DNA from: Parvibaculum sp.
Lineage (GTDB): Bacteria > Pseudomonadota > Alphaproteobacteria > Parvibaculales > Parvibaculaceae
Length of the DNA: 64,000 nt
Reading direction: 5' to 3'
Assembly: GCA_036499025.1 (NCBI GenBank)
Contig: DASYEM010000021.1
Span: forward strand, 2,421 to 66,420
In this document: positions 1 to 10,045 of the stretch, piece after piece
How positions within the stretch are numbered: the first letter of the stretch is position 1
How the letters are laid out: each line of letters begins with the position of its first letter
Made by a program: the position numbers and the translations under genes
Notes under the pieces: generated by a model
What the model saw: the letters and a program-made list of their open reading frames with translations, nothing else
Database searches by the model: none
What the model was told of the DNA's origin: nothing

Positions 1-760
1 CGGCGCGCTGATGGCCATGGCCAAGGTGATTCTGAAGACCATGCCGCATGTCGAGCGCCCGGCTCTGGCCGCGCTCTGGCCGACGGCGCGCGGCGAGAGT
101 GTCGTGCTTGATCTCGGCGCGACCATCGGTCCCGACGCCTTCCAGCTCGTGCAGTTCGCTGTCATGGGCGAGGCTTTCGCCCGCGTTATTTTCAGTCTGG
201 ATCGCCCGACGGTCGGTCTTCTCAATATCGGTCAGGAAGAAGTCAAAGGCACCGAGCAGGTGAAGGACGCGGCGCAGATGCTGCGCGATTCGGGCTTGCC
301 GATGAATTTCCATGGCTTCGTCGAAGGCGACGACATCAGCAAGGGTACAGTCGATGTCGTCGTGACCGACGGCTATACCGGCAATATCGCACTGAAGACC
401 GCGGAAGGCACGGTCCGGCTCATCATCGAATTCCTGCGCAATGCGCTGCGCAGCTCGCTGATGTCGCGCATCGGCTATCTCTTTGCGCAAGGCGCCTTCA
501 AGGCGCTCAGCAAGAAGCTCGATCCGCGCGCATCCAATGGCGCGGTTTTTCTCGGCCTCAACGGCATCGTCGTGAAAAGCCACGGTGGCACCGACGCCGA
601 AGGCTTTGCCTATGCGATCGATGTCGCCGTCGATGTCGCTGCAGCCGATCTGCTGCAAAAGATCGTCGCCGATCTGGCGCATCTCGACGGCTTCAAACCG
701 TCGGCGTCCGCGCGGACGTCCAATTCCATCACTGAACCATCCGAGGCTGCGTTATCGTGA
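1..760 (+). CDS. plsX: Phosphate acyltransferase PlsX (5'-truncated by window edge)
   Basis: [37 protein letters not shown] and VVKSHG motifs; directly upstream of fabH. Confidence 0.96.
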   Translation, partial: GALMAMAKVILKTMPHVERPALAALWPTARGESVVLDLGATIGPDAFQLVQFAVMGEAFARVIFSLDRPTVGLLNIGQEEVKGTEQVKDAAQMLRDSGLPMNFHGFVEGDDISKGTVDVVVTDGYTGNIALKTAEGTVRLIIEFLRNALRSSLMSRIGYLFAQGAFKALSKKLDPRASNGAVFLGLNGIVVKSHGGTDAEGFAYAIDVAVDVAAADLLQKIVADLAHLDGFKPSASARTSNSITEPSEAALS

Positions 761-1734
761 GTATCATTCGGAGTGTCGTTGCGGGCTGTGGCAGCTATCT
801 GCCGGAGCGACGCGTCACCAATGAGGACATGACCAAAATCGTCGAAACGACCGACGAATGGATCGTGGAACGGACGGGTATCAATGCCCGCCATATCGCC
901 GCCGATGGCGAGCTGACCTCCGATCTGGCATTGAAGGCGGCCCAGGCCGCCATTGCGAATGCGGGCATCGATGCCCAGCAGATCGACACGATCATCATGG
1001 CGACGACGACGCCGGACAACACGTTCCCGGCCACCGCCGTTACGGTGCAGGCCCAGCTCGGCCTCCATCACGGCGCTGCCTTCGACATTCAGGCCGTGTG
1101 CTCGGGCTTCGTCTATGCGCTCACCATTGCCGACACCTTCATCCGTTGCGGCCAGGCCAAGACCGTTCTGGTCATCGGCGCCGAGACCTTTTCCCGGCTG
1201 CTCGACTGGACCGACCGGACGACCTGCGTCCTCTTCGGCGATGGCGCCGGCGCGGTCATCCTGACGGCAGGCGAGGGCGAGGGCACCAATGCCGATCGCG
1301 GCATCCTGACGGCCCATCTCCATTCCGACGGACGCTTCAAGGAGAAGCTCTATGTCGATGGCGGTCCATCCTCGACCCAGACGGTCGGCCATGTCCGCAT
1401 GGAGGGCCGCGAGGTCTTCCGCCACGCCGTCGTCAACATTGCCGACACGATCAAGGAGGCTCTGGCAGCGACGGGGCTCACCGCCGCCGATATCGACTGG
1501 TTCGTGCCGCATCAGGCCAACAAGCGCATCCTTGACGGCACGGCCAAGCGTATCGGCCTGCCACCCGAAAAAGTCGTCATCACGGTGGGCGATCACGGCA
1601 ACACGTCAGCCGCGTCGGTCCCACTGGCGCTCGATGCGGCATTGAAGGACGGTCGAATCAAGCGCGGCAATCTTGTACTGCTTGAAGCCATGGGCGGCGG
1701 ATTTACATGGGGATCGGTGCTTCTGCGCTGGTGA
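757..1734 (+). CDS. fabH: 3-oxoacyl-ACP synthase III
   Basis: AVCSGF catalytic Cys, PHQAN, GNTSAAS, GGGFTWG; GTG start overlaps plsX stop. Confidence 0.98.
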   Translation: MSIIRSVVAGCGSYLPERRVTNEDMTKIVETTDEWIVERTGINARHIAADGELTSDLALKAAQAAIANAGIDAQQIDTIIMATTTPDNTFPATAVTVQAQLGLHHGAAFDIQAVCSGFVYALTIADTFIRCGQAKTVLVIGAETFSRLLDWTDRTTCVLFGDGAGAVILTAGEGEGTNADRGILTAHLHSDGRFKEKLYVDGGPSSTQTVGHVRMEGREVFRHAVVNIADTIKEALAATGLTAADIDWFVPHQANKRILDGTAKRIGLPPEKVVITVGDHGNTSAASVPLALDAALKDGRIKRGNLVLLEAMGGGFTWGSVLLRW

Positions 1735-1805
1735 AGCGAAGCGCTGGAAAGTGACCGAATCCGGCACATAATCGAACTTTAGAAGATTCGCGCATCCTAT
1801 TGATA

Positions 1806-1834
1806 TTGACGGGCTATTCGCCCCGCCATAGGCT
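1806..1834 (+). promoter_or_regulatory. Putative sigma70 promoter of ihfA
   Basis: TTGACG-N17-TAGGCT; GGAGG SD before ATG 1859. Confidence 0.55.
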
Positions 1835-1858
1835 TCGCGTGAACTTGGAGGTAAGGCC

Positions 1859-2176
1859 ATGGGGGACACAATAACGCGGGCTCACTTGAGCGAGGCCGTT
1901 TATCAAGAAGTCGGCCTGTCGCGCAACGAATCCGCAGAGCTTGTCGAGTCGGTGCTGCTGGAGATCGCCGATAGCCTGTCGAAGGGCGACACGGTGAAAC
2001 TGTCATCATTCGGATCGTTTTCGGTTCGTCAGAAGGGCGGTCGCATGGGCCGCAACCCGAAGACGGGCGAGGAAGTTCCGATCAAGCCGCGCCGCGTATT
2101 GGTGTTCCGGCCGAGCCACGTGCTCAAGGAACGGATCAACGCGGCTCTCAGTGGCAAGGCCGCAGCGGCCGAATAA
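1859..2176 (+). CDS. ihfA: Integration host factor alpha subunit
   Basis: [30 protein letters not shown]; conserved fabH-ihfA-merR order. Confidence 0.96.
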   Translation: MGDTITRAHLSEAVYQEVGLSRNESAELVESVLLEIADSLSKGDTVKLSSFGSFSVRQKGGRMGRNPKTGEEVPIKPRRVLVFRPSHVLKERINAALSGKAAAAE

Positions 2177-2245
2177 GCGCTGGAGTAGCCCGTGACCAGA
2201 TCCGCATTGAGAGTTCGGATGGAAGAGCGGAGCCAAGGACCTGGT

Positions 2246-2713
2246 TTGTCGATACAAAAGTCGCCCGACGCTTTCAGAACCATCAGCGAGGTTGCGACCG
2301 AGCTCGATGTGCCGCAGCACGTGCTGCGCTTTTGGGAAAGCAAGTTCAATCAGATCCGTCCGCTGAAGCGTGGCGGCGGGCGGCGCTATTATCGCCCCGA
2401 AGACGTCGATCTGCTGCGCGGCGTGCGCACGCTTCTCTATAACGACGGCTACACGATCAAGGGCGTGCAGAAGGTCTTCCGTGAGCAAGGCGTAAAGTTC
2501 GTTACCGAAACCGGCAAGGGAACGATCGACGCGTCGCTTGCCGAACTGGCGCGCGAAGCCGTTCGGCGCGGCGAACAGGAAGAACCTGCGCCATCCGGCG
2601 TCGCGCTCGACCAGACAGCGCGACAAACTCTTGAGACTTTGCTTGAAGGTCTTGTCGCCTTGAAGGAAGAGATCGACGAAACCCTTTGGGAAGGCGAAGA
2701 GGAAGAGAGCTGA
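2246..2713 (+). CDS. MerR-family transcriptional regulator (start probably TTG 2246)
   Basis: [13 protein letters not shown]...VLRFWE...[10 protein letters not shown]; AAGGA SD upstream of the TTG. Confidence 0.9.
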   Translation: MSIQKSPDAFRTISEVATELDVPQHVLRFWESKFNQIRPLKRGGGRRYYRPEDVDLLRGVRTLLYNDGYTIKGVQKVFREQGVKFVTETGKGTIDASLAELAREAVRRGEQEEPAPSGVALDQTARQTLETLLEGLVALKEEIDETLWEGEEEES

Positions 2714-2895
2714 CGCCTCTTCGCACCGCAATTCGCCGATGCGCGCCGTCCATCCAGATTCTCTGCCATTTGACCAGCCCGCGACCTTGAAAAAAGGCTC
2801 GCACATGCGGCGATTGAGGCGTTGCCGGGGCCGGAGCCCCCGTCTATATTCCGCGCCTCTGAGGGGGCGCCCGCGCTCTTTCAATCCGGTTTCGT

Positions 2896-2972
2896 CGGAG
2901 CGTAGCGCAGCCCGGTAGCGCACTTGTCTGGGGGACAAGGGGTCGTCGGTTCGAATCCGGCCGCTCCGACCA
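2896..2972 (+). tRNA. tRNA-Pro(GGG)
   Basis: CGGAGCG acceptor stem, CTTGT/ACAAG anticodon stem with GGG at 2930-2932, GGTTCGAATCC T-arm, encoded CCA. Confidence 0.97.
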
Positions 2973-2979
2973 TCTATCT

Positions 2980-3008
2980 GGGGTCAGCGCAATGCGTTGA
3001 CCCCTTTT
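2980..3008 (+). terminator. Intrinsic terminator after tRNA-Pro
   Basis: GGGGTCAGCGC-AAT-GCGTTGACCCC followed by TTTT. Confidence 0.75.
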
Positions 3009-3063
3009 CCTAAAGGGCAGCTTGCGGCAAGCTGCTTACATCGCACTTCGGAGTTTGATCGTC

Positions 3064-3144
3064 ATGCTCACCGTTCTCCCGATCGTCATCTTCCTCATCG
3101 CCATCGCGGCGCTGAACAAATACCAGACCGGCTCGTTTTTCTGA
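3064..3144 (+). CDS. Small 26-aa single-pass membrane peptide (not in ORF track)
   Basis: MLTVLPIVIFLIAIAALNKYQTGSFF*; GGAG SD at 3050-3053; GC-rich third codon positions. Confidence 0.65.
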   Translation: MLTVLPIVIFLIAIAALNKYQTGSFF

Positions 3145-3177
3145 GATCGGGTTTCTAGGAGCTGACGGCGGCCCGGA

Positions 3178-3393
3178 TCATTCGTCGGGCCGCAGCATCC
3201 AGATCATTACGTAGCGGAACGGAAACGCCCAGATCGTGCCTGCGATCAGGTAATAGGCGAACTGCACAAAGCCGTTCGCCGGCAGGTGCCCGCTCACCGC
3301 AACCGTCATCACCAGCAGCGAATAGAAAAGCAGGAACGTCAGCAGCATGAGCGTGCCGATGAGCTTGCGGGCGCGTAGGGGCAGGCGGCGCAT
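3178..3393 (-). CDS. DUF2842-like small membrane protein, 71 aa
   Basis: MRRLPLRARKLIG...YYLIAGTIWAFP; two hydrophobic helices; divergent from ctaA; only the 3' end of the long 3178-4524 ORF is real. Confidence 0.8.
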   Translation of the reverse strand: MRRLPLRARKLIGTLMLLTFLLFYSLLVMTVAVSGHLPANGFVQFAYYLIAGTIWAFPFRYVMIWMLRPDE

Positions 3394-3519
3394 TCTTGTG
3401 TCTCCGATGCGGGCGATGGCGTCTCTGATAAGCCATTCGGGCCAAGCCCGCAAAGGGCGGCAGTCTGTCGCGGGCAATCCCGGCTGGGAGGCGGGCTCGC
3501 TTCGGGCTATCACTTCCCC

Positions 3520-4554
3520 ATGAATGAAGGCACAAACATCGCCGCCCGGCGGCAGATCGCGCTCTGGCTCTTCGGCGTCTCGGCACTCATTTTCCTGATG
3601 GTCATTGTCGGGGGGCTGACGCGCCTTACCGAAAGCGGCCTCTCGATCACCGAATGGAAGCCGGTCATGGGCGCCTTGCCGCCGATGAGCAACGCTGCCT
3701 GGGCCGACGCCTTCACCCGCTATCAGCAAATCCCGCAGTATGAGTTCGTCAACAAGGGCATGACGCTCGGGGAGTTCAAGAACATCTTCTGGTGGGAGTG
3801 GAGCCACCGCTTCCTTGGCCGCTTCATCGGCTTTGCCTTCGCGGCGCCTTTTCTCTGGTTCTTCTTCACGCGCCGCATCGAGCGCACGATGGCGCCCAAG
3901 CTCGTCGTCATGTTCCTGCTCGGTGGTGCGCAGGGCGCGCTCGGCTGGTGGATGGTCAAAAGCGGCCTCACCCAGCGCATAGATGTCAGCCAGTACCGGC
4001 TCACCGCGCATCTCGGCCTCGCGACGCTCATCTACGCTTACATGATGTGGACGGCGCTGGCGCTCTGGCGCGAACGGCCCGCGCTTTTCGTCAGTGACCG
4101 TTTGCGCAAAGCCTCGCTCTGGCTTGTCGCGCTCGTCTTCCTGCAAATGATGCTGGGCGGCTTCGTCGCCGGCCTCAAGGCGGGCTACATCTACAATACC
4201 TGGCCGCTGATCAGCGGCGCCTTCATTCCCGACGGTCTCTTCGCCGACGCGCCGTGGTGGCGGAATTTCTTTGAAAACACGCTGACCGCGCAGTTCGATC
4301 ACCGCATGGTCGCTTATCTGGTGACGATCCTGACCATCTGGCATTGGCTGGCGGTGCGGCGCTCGGGCAGCCGCGATGCGGTACGCAGCGCGACGGCGCT
4401 TCTGCATGCCGTCCTCGCTCAAGTCGCTCTCGGTATCTGGGCGCTGCTCTGGGTCGTTCCCATTCCGCTCGGCGCGGCGCATCAGGCGGGCGCGATGATC
4501 GTCTTCACGCTGGCTATTTACCACGCGCGAAAGCTCAACCCGCCCGCCGTCTGA
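3520..4554 (+). CDS. ctaA: Heme A synthase (COX15/CtaA)
   Basis: GGLTRLTESGLSITEW, WEWSHRFLGRFIG, RLTAHL, QFDHR, AHQAGA. Confidence 0.95.
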   Translation: MNEGTNIAARRQIALWLFGVSALIFLMVIVGGLTRLTESGLSITEWKPVMGALPPMSNAAWADAFTRYQQIPQYEFVNKGMTLGEFKNIFWWEWSHRFLGRFIGFAFAAPFLWFFFTRRIERTMAPKLVVMFLLGGAQGALGWWMVKSGLTQRIDVSQYRLTAHLGLATLIYAYMMWTALALWRERPALFVSDRLRKASLWLVALVFLQMMLGGFVAGLKAGYIYNTWPLISGAFIPDGLFADAPWWRNFFENTLTAQFDHRMVAYLVTILTIWHWLAVRRSGSRDAVRSATALLHAVLAQVALGIWALLWVVPIPLGAAHQAGAMIVFTLAIYHARKLNPPAV

Positions 4555-4557
4555 ACG

Positions 4558-5832
4558 TCAGGCGTTCAACGCTTTGTCCAGCGCCTTGATGATGTCTTCG
4601 GGGTCTTCGAGCCCGATGGACAGACGCACCACATCCGGTCCGGCGCTTGCCGCCTTCTGTTGCTCTTCGCTGAGCTGGCGATGAGTCGTCGATGAGGGGT
4701 GAATGATGAGACTGCGCGTATCGCCGATATTGGCAAGATGGCTCAGCAGTTCGATCGAGTTCACCAGCTTGACGCCCGCGTCATAGCCACCCTTCACGCC
4801 GAAAGTGAACAGCGCGCCCGCACCCTTCGGCGCATATTTCTGCTGCAGCTTGTGCGACGGATCGTCGTCGAGGCCCGAATAGGAAACCCAGGTGACTTTC
4901 GGGTGCGTCTTGAGATATTTCGCGACCTTCAGCGCGCTGTCGGAATGACGCTGCATGCGGAGCGGCAAGGTTTCGATGCCGGTCAGGATCAGGAAAGCAT
5001 TGAAGGGAGAGATGGCAGGGCCGAGATCGCGCAAGCCCAGCACGCGGCAAGCGATGGCGAAGGAGATCGCACCGAAAGTCTTGTGGATTTCGAGGCCATG
5101 ATAGGAGGCATTGGGCTCGGACAGCGTGGGATATTTCCCATCCTTCGACCAGTCGAATTTGCCCGCATCGACGATGATGCCGCCCATGGAATTGCCGTGG
5201 CCGCCAAGAAATTTCGTCGCTGAATGCAGAACGATGTCCGCGCCATGCTCGATGGGGCGCAGCAGATAGGGGGAGGCCAGCGTGTTGTCGACGATCAGCG
5301 GCACACCCGCTTCATGCGCGACCGCCGCGATGGCGGCGATGTCGATGACGAGCCCGCTCGGATTGGCGAAGCTCTCGATAAAGACCGCTTTGGTTTTCGG
5401 CCCGATGGCTTTCTTGATGCTTGCCGGATTGGTTGCGTCGGCCCAGTCGACATGCCAGTCGAACTTCGTAAAGGAATGTCCGAATTGGGTGATCGACCCT
5501 CCATAGAGCTGCGTCGCCGCGACGAAATGATCGCCGGGCTCCATCAGTGTATGGAAGGTCAGAAGTTGCGCCGAATGGCCGGATGCGACGGCGAGCGCCG
5601 CTACACCGCCTTCAAGCGCCGCGACACGTTCTTCGAGCACGGCCGTCGTTGGATTGGTGATGCGCGTGTAGATATTGCCGAAGGCTTGCAACCCGAAAAG
5701 CGAGGCGGCGTGATCGACGTCGTCAAAGACGAAAGATGTCGTCTGATAGATCGGCGTTGCCCGCGCGCCCGTCGTCGGGTCAGGCTTTGCGCCGGCGTGG
5801 ATCGCGAGCGTGTCGAAGCCATAATCGGTCAT
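4558..5832 (-). CDS. metY: O-acetylhomoserine aminocarboxypropyltransferase/sulfhydrylase
   Basis: [26 protein letters not shown]-lysine motif, LANIGD. Confidence 0.92.
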   Translation of the reverse strand: MTDYGFDTLAIHAGAKPDPTTGARATPIYQTTSFVFDDVDHAASLFGLQAFGNIYTRITNPTTAVLEERVAALEGGVAALAVASGHSAQLLTFHTLMEPGDHFVAATQLYGGSITQFGHSFTKFDWHVDWADATNPASIKKAIGPKTKAVFIESFANPSGLVIDIAAIAAVAHEAGVPLIVDNTLASPYLLRPIEHGADIVLHSATKFLGGHGNSMGGIIVDAGKFDWSKDGKYPTLSEPNASYHGLEIHKTFGAISFAIACRVLGLRDLGPAISPFNAFLILTGIETLPLRMQRHSDSALKVAKYLKTHPKVTWVSYSGLDDDPSHKLQQKYAPKGAGALFTFGVKGGYDAGVKLVNSIELLSHLANIGDTRSLIIHPSSTTHRQLSEEQQKAASAGPDVVRLSIGLEDPEDIIKALDKALNA

Positions 5833-5866
5833 GGCGAAGTCCTCTTGCGTTGGGTTGGAGGCGATC

Positions 5867-6295
5867 CTAGCGGACCAGTCTCGGAATTTCGATCTTCGGG
5901 CAGCGGTTCATGATGACCTTGAGGCCCGCCTTCTCCGCGCGCGCGGCGCCTTCCTCATTGGTCACGCCGAGCTGCATCCAGATATATTTCGCGCCGATGG
6001 CGATGGCTTCGTCGCAAACCGGTCCCGCCGCCTCCGAATTGCGGAAGACATCGACCATGTCGATTTTTTCTGGAATGTCGGCGAGCGTCGCATAAGTCAT
6101 CTCGCCGAGAAGTGTCTTTCCAGCAAGGCCCGGATTGACCGGGATGACGCGATAGCCTTTGGTTTGCAGATATTGCATCACCTCGTTGCTGTCGCGCGCC
6201 GTGTTGGCGCTGGCGCCAACCAGCGCGATGGTTTTCGTGCTGTGCAGAATGTCGGCGATGAGTTCGGGGCTATAGCGCAGATGTTCGAGCGTCAT
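5867..6295 (-). CDS. CoA-binding protein (YccU-like)
   Basis: IALVGAS, PVNPG, DMVDVFR, WMQLGV, MNRCPKIE. Confidence 0.9.
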   Translation of the reverse strand: MTLEHLRYSPELIADILHSTKTIALVGASANTARDSNEVMQYLQTKGYRVIPVNPGLAGKTLLGEMTYATLADIPEKIDMVDVFRNSEAAGPVCDEAIAIGAKYIWMQLGVTNEEGAARAEKAGLKVIMNRCPKIEIPRLVR

Positions 6296-7117
6296 TCAGC
6301 GGTCCTCCCATTTCGGATCGCGTTTTTCGATGAAGGCGCCGATGCCTTCCTCGGCGTCGCGGGCGAGCATGTTTTTGACCATCACTTCGCTCGCATAATC
6401 ATAGGCCTCGTTCAGCGGCTTTTCGAGCTGCTCATAAAAAGCTTCCTTGCCGATGGCGACGGTGAGCGCCGACTTGCCAGCTATCTTGCCTGCAAGCTCC
6501 GCCACCGCCGCATCAAGGTCGGCGGCGGCCACGACGCGATTGATGAGGCCGAGTTCAGCGGCGCGCGCGGCGTCGACCATCTCGCCGGTCAGCAACATTT
6601 CCATCGCATGTTTGCGCGAGACGTTGCGCGAGAGCGCAACCATTGGCGTCGAACAGAAAAGCCCGATATTGACGCCTGGCGTCGCAAATTTCGCGCCGTC
6701 CACAGCCACGGCCAGATCGCAGCTTGCGACAAGCTGGCAGCCCGCCGCCGTCGCCACGCCATGCACGCGGGCGATGACAGGTTTCGGCAATCGCACGATC
6801 GTCTGCATCATGGCGCTGCACTGGCGCATGATTTTCTGGAAATAGGCACGGCCCCGATCCGCGTCGCCGCGATGCGACGTCAGTTCCTTGAGGTCATGGC
6901 CGGAAGAGAAGACGGGGCCGTTCGCCGCAATGACGACGACGCGCACCGATGCGTCGGCACCCGCCGCATTCAGCTCATCGGTCAGCGCGCTCATCAGCCC
7001 TTCCGAGAGACAATTGCGCTGCGCAGGGCGGTTGAGCGTCAAGGTCGCGACGCCATTGCGGTTCTCGCGCAGAACCAGCGCTTCGGCGGCGACAGGCTTC
7101 TCGGCGGGCTGGCTCAT
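6296..7117 (-). CDS. Enoyl-CoA hydratase family protein
   Basis: TLNRP, FSSGHDLKE, ATAAGCQLVASCD, FATPGVNIGLFCSTP. Confidence 0.93.
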   Translation of the reverse strand: MSQPAEKPVAAEALVLRENRNGVATLTLNRPAQRNCLSEGLMSALTDELNAAGADASVRVVVIAANGPVFSSGHDLKELTSHRGDADRGRAYFQKIMRQCSAMMQTIVRLPKPVIARVHGVATAAGCQLVASCDLAVAVDGAKFATPGVNIGLFCSTPMVALSRNVSRKHAMEMLLTGEMVDAARAAELGLINRVVAAADLDAAVAELAGKIAGKSALTVAIGKEAFYEQLEKPLNEAYDYASEVMVKNMLARDAEEGIGAFIEKRDPKWEDR

Positions 7118-7180
7118 CTCGGGCTCCCTGATCTCGCTCTATTGGCGTTTCCCCGAGCATAGCCGGACAAGAGCCTCAAG

Positions 7181-7735
7181 TCAGGGCCGAATGGCGTCGC
7201 GTTTGATGCGGTAAAGCACATGCCGTTTCAAAGGATGGCCTTCCGGCACGCGCGGGTGGTCGAAATCATCCGCCTCGTTCCGCGCCATGCCGATCCGCCG
7301 CATGACCTGTTGTGAGCGGACATTCGCGGGCACCGTCAATGCAACGATTTCATCGAGACGGAGAGGCCCGAAACCATGCTCCAGCGATGCCTTGGCGGCT
7401 TCCATAGCGTAGCCCTTGCCCCAATGGGCGCGCGCCAGCCGCCAGCCGATCTCGACGGCGGGAGCATAGGGGGCCTCGGAGCCGACATGCAGGAGGCCGG
7501 TGAACCCGATGAAGGGCGCGACGCCCGGCGCTTCCAGAGCCCAGAAGCCGAAACCATGTTCGGTGATATGCGCTTTCAGCCGTTCGGCAATCGCATCGCT
7601 TGCCGCGCGGTCGGGAAGAGGCAGCAGAAACTCCATCACTTGCGGATCCGCCGCCATGGCCGCGAAGACGTCGAAATCGTCCTCGCGCCATTGGCGCAGG
7701 ATCAGCCGTTCGGTCTTGATGGTGGTGGGCGTCAT
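7181..7735 (-). CDS. GNAT N-acetyltransferase (RimJ/RimL-like)
   Basis: TERLILRQW, VEIGWRL, WGKGYA, NVRSQQVMRRIGM. Confidence 0.9.
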   Translation of the reverse strand: MTPTTIKTERLILRQWREDDFDVFAAMAADPQVMEFLLPLPDRAASDAIAERLKAHITEHGFGFWALEAPGVAPFIGFTGLLHVGSEAPYAPAVEIGWRLARAHWGKGYAMEAAKASLEHGFGPLRLDEIVALTVPANVRSQQVMRRIGMARNEADDFDHPRVPEGHPLKRHVLYRIKRDAIRP

Positions 7736-7747
7736 GATGGTTTCGCC

Positions 7748-7792
7748 AAAAAGAAACGGGGAGGCGAGTTATACACTTCGCCATCCCCGTTT
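7748..7792 (-). terminator. Intrinsic terminator after aldo/keto reductase
   Basis: Minus strand AAACGGGGATGGCGA...TCGCCTCCCCGTTT followed by CTTTTT. Confidence 0.65.
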
Positions 7793-7818
7793 AATATTCC
7801 GAAGCTGGAGAGCAGCCG

Positions 7819-8868
7819 TCAGAATGTCGATTTCGCCACGGTCGACCAGTCGCGGGAGGTGCCCGGCGCGCGGTCGGACTGCATGCCGCGCATCCAGTTT
7901 GGATAAAGCTCACCCGGCTTGCTCACGGCGTCGATAGCCTCAAGGTCTTCCGGCGTCAGCTTGACATCGACAGCGCCGAGATTGTCTTTCAACTGTGTCT
8001 CGTTCTTCGCGCCGATGATGACGGTGGTGACGTAAGCCTTGTGCAACTGCCAGCCGAGCGCGACCTGCGCCACGGTGACGCCATGCTTCTTGGCGATGCC
8101 TTGCAGCACGTCGATGATGTCATAGGCTTTCTCGACATCGACCGGCGGGAAGTTGAATTGCGTGCGACGGCCTTCATTGGCGCGCGAATTGCGCGAGAAT
8201 TTGCCGGAGAGTACGCCGCCCGCCAGCGGGCTCCATGTCATCAGGCCGACCTTCTGATCTTCGAGCAACGGCACGATTTCATGTTCGAGGTCGCGGCCCG
8301 AAAGCGAATAATAGGCCTGCAAAGTCGCGAACTTTTCGAGGCCCTGGCGCTCCGAAATGCCGAGCGCCTTCATGATCTGCCAGGCCGACCAGTTCGAAAC
8401 GCCGATGTAACGCACCTTGCCCTGACGCACGAGATCGTCGAGCGCGCGCAACGACTCTTCCATCGGCGTCACGCTGTCCCAGCCGTGGATCTGATAGAGA
8501 TCGATGTAATCCGTTCCGAGACGTTTCAGGCTCGCTTCCACCTGCTGCATCAGGGCGAGGCGCGAAACCCCGACCTGATTGGCGCCGGGGCCCATGCGTC
8601 CGAAAGCTTTGGTGGCGAGCACGACATCCTGCCGCTTGTTGCCAAGCGCCTTGCCGAGAAGGGTTTCGGATTCACCTGCCGCATAGACGTTCGCCGTGTC
8701 GATGAAGTTTATGCCCGCGTCGAGCGACTGATTTACAAGCGTGTCGGACTCTTTCTGGTCGAGCCCGCCCATAACGCCGAAGAGTGTGCCCTTGCCGCCA
8801 AAGGTCATGGTGCCGAGGCAGAGACGCGAGACGAAGGTGCCGGTGTTGCCGAGCTGTTGGTATTGCAT
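7819..8868 (-). CDS. Aldo/keto reductase
   Basis: LCLGTMTFG, FIDTANVY, LATK, DYIDLYQIH, WSPLAGG; ATG 8868 with GGAG SD. Confidence 0.93.
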   Translation of the reverse strand: MQYQQLGNTGTFVSRLCLGTMTFGGKGTLFGVMGGLDQKESDTLVNQSLDAGINFIDTANVYAAGESETLLGKALGNKRQDVVLATKAFGRMGPGANQVGVSRLALMQQVEASLKRLGTDYIDLYQIHGWDSVTPMEESLRALDDLVRQGKVRYIGVSNWSAWQIMKALGISERQGLEKFATLQAYYSLSGRDLEHEIVPLLEDQKVGLMTWSPLAGGVLSGKFSRNSRANEGRRTQFNFPPVDVEKAYDIIDVLQGIAKKHGVTVAQVALGWQLHKAYVTTVIIGAKNETQLKDNLGAVDVKLTPEDLEAIDAVSKPGELYPNWMRGMQSDRAPGTSRDWSTVAKSTF

Positions 8869-8887
8869 GGACGTGCTCCCTGAGGGG

Positions 8888-9478
8888 TTAAACGATGATG
8901 GCGTCCCAGCAGGCATCCATGACGCTTTGCTGGCCGGTGGCGTTGAGGTTGGCGATACCGGCGATGGCGCGCGTGACGAGCGCGTTCAGCGGGCCGGTGA
9001 TGATGGCGGAGAGGATTTGCGGCGGCAGAGATTTGAAGATGCCTTCCGCGTAGCCGTCGCCGAAGAACTTGCCGAGCTCGGGCGTCATGTCGATCTGGAT
9101 CGCCTTGCTTACATCCTTGAGATAGGGAGAGAAGGCATATTGCTCTGCGAATTTGAATTCGCGCGGATGGGACACGCAGTAGGCATAGGTATTCTTCCAG
9201 AAGAGATCGAAGCGGGCGCGGAGCGGGGCTTGCGGGTCGTGACCCTCCAGCATCGCCGCGATGCGTTCGCGCTTCATGTCGATGTAAAGCGCGTGGATCA
9301 GCTCTTCCTTGCCTTTAAAGTGGCGATAGATCGTGCCGACCGGCACATTGGCTTTTTCCGCCAGCTTCGCCATGGAGGCGCCGTGGAACCCGTAATCGCT
9401 GAGAAGCTCCAGAGCCGCCTCCAGAATTTGGCGGCGTTTCTCGTCTTTCGGCGATTGATCTTCGGAATGAACGTTCAT
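8888..9478 (-). CDS. TetR/AcrR-family regulator
   Basis: HTH ILEAALELLSDYGFHGASMAKLAEKANVPVGTIYRHF; ATG at 9478. Confidence 0.92.
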   Translation of the reverse strand: MNVHSEDQSPKDEKRRQILEAALELLSDYGFHGASMAKLAEKANVPVGTIYRHFKGKEELIHALYIDMKRERIAAMLEGHDPQAPLRARFDLFWKNTYAYCVSHPREFKFAEQYAFSPYLKDVSKAIQIDMTPELGKFFGDGYAEGIFKSLPPQILSAIITGPLNALVTRAIAGIANLNATGQQSVMDACWDAIIV

Positions 9479-9482
9479 TCCG
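9463..9482. promoter_or_regulatory. Perfect 20-bp palindrome, putative TetR operator over its own start codon
   Basis: CGGAATGAAC|GTTCATTCCG. Confidence 0.75.
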
Positions 9483-9594
9483 GCTAGATAGGGGCGCCTG
9501 CCAAGGGTAACAAGGGGGCATCCGCGATTTTCGATTTGGGTGAGGCGGAAGACGCCTGTAAGCACGCTCCCGAACCAAAGGAACGGAAGATTCG

Positions 9595-10044
9595 ATGTCC
9601 GAAAAGCAGATCTCGCCGAAGCCCATCATGACGGTTGCTGAACTCGACAGCTTCATGGATGTGGCCTTTCCCCAGATGCGGGATGGCGACCGTTTGACCG
9701 TTATCGAGGCGGTCGGCCCCATGAGCGCGACGCTCCGGCTCCGTTATTCAGATAAGAACCTCCGCCCCGGCGGCACGATTTCAGGACCCGCCATGATGGC
9801 TCTGGCCGATTACGCCATGTACGCCGTGGTGCTGGCTCACATCGGCCCGGTGGCGCTCGCGGTCACGACCAATCTCAACATTAATTTTCTGCGCAAGCCC
9901 GGCCCCGCCGATGTGGTAGCCGAAGCAAAGCTTCTGAAACTCGGGCGGCGTCTGGCCGTTGGAGAGGTGATCATCACGCAAGAAGGGCTCGACGGGCCGG
10001 TCGCGCACGTCACCTCCACATACTCGATCCCACCACGGAGCTGA
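9595..10044 (+). CDS. PaaI-family thioesterase
   Basis: LRPGGTISGPAMMALAD, AVTTNLNINFLRK hotdog motif. Confidence 0.9.
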   Translation: MSEKQISPKPIMTVAELDSFMDVAFPQMRDGDRLTVIEAVGPMSATLRLRYSDKNLRPGGTISGPAMMALADYAMYAVVLAHIGPVALAVTTNLNINFLRKPGPADVVAEAKLLKLGRRLAVGEVIITQEGLDGPVAHVTSTYSIPPRS

Positions 10045-10045
10045 C

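Noticed and set aside
2896-2972. tRNA-Pro as an integration site
   Set aside because: No integrase nearby and no duplicated tRNA 3' end noticed by eye.
5833-5866. SAM riboswitch upstream of metY (also checked metB)
   Set aside because: Both genes are operon-internal with gaps too short, and no motif was seen.
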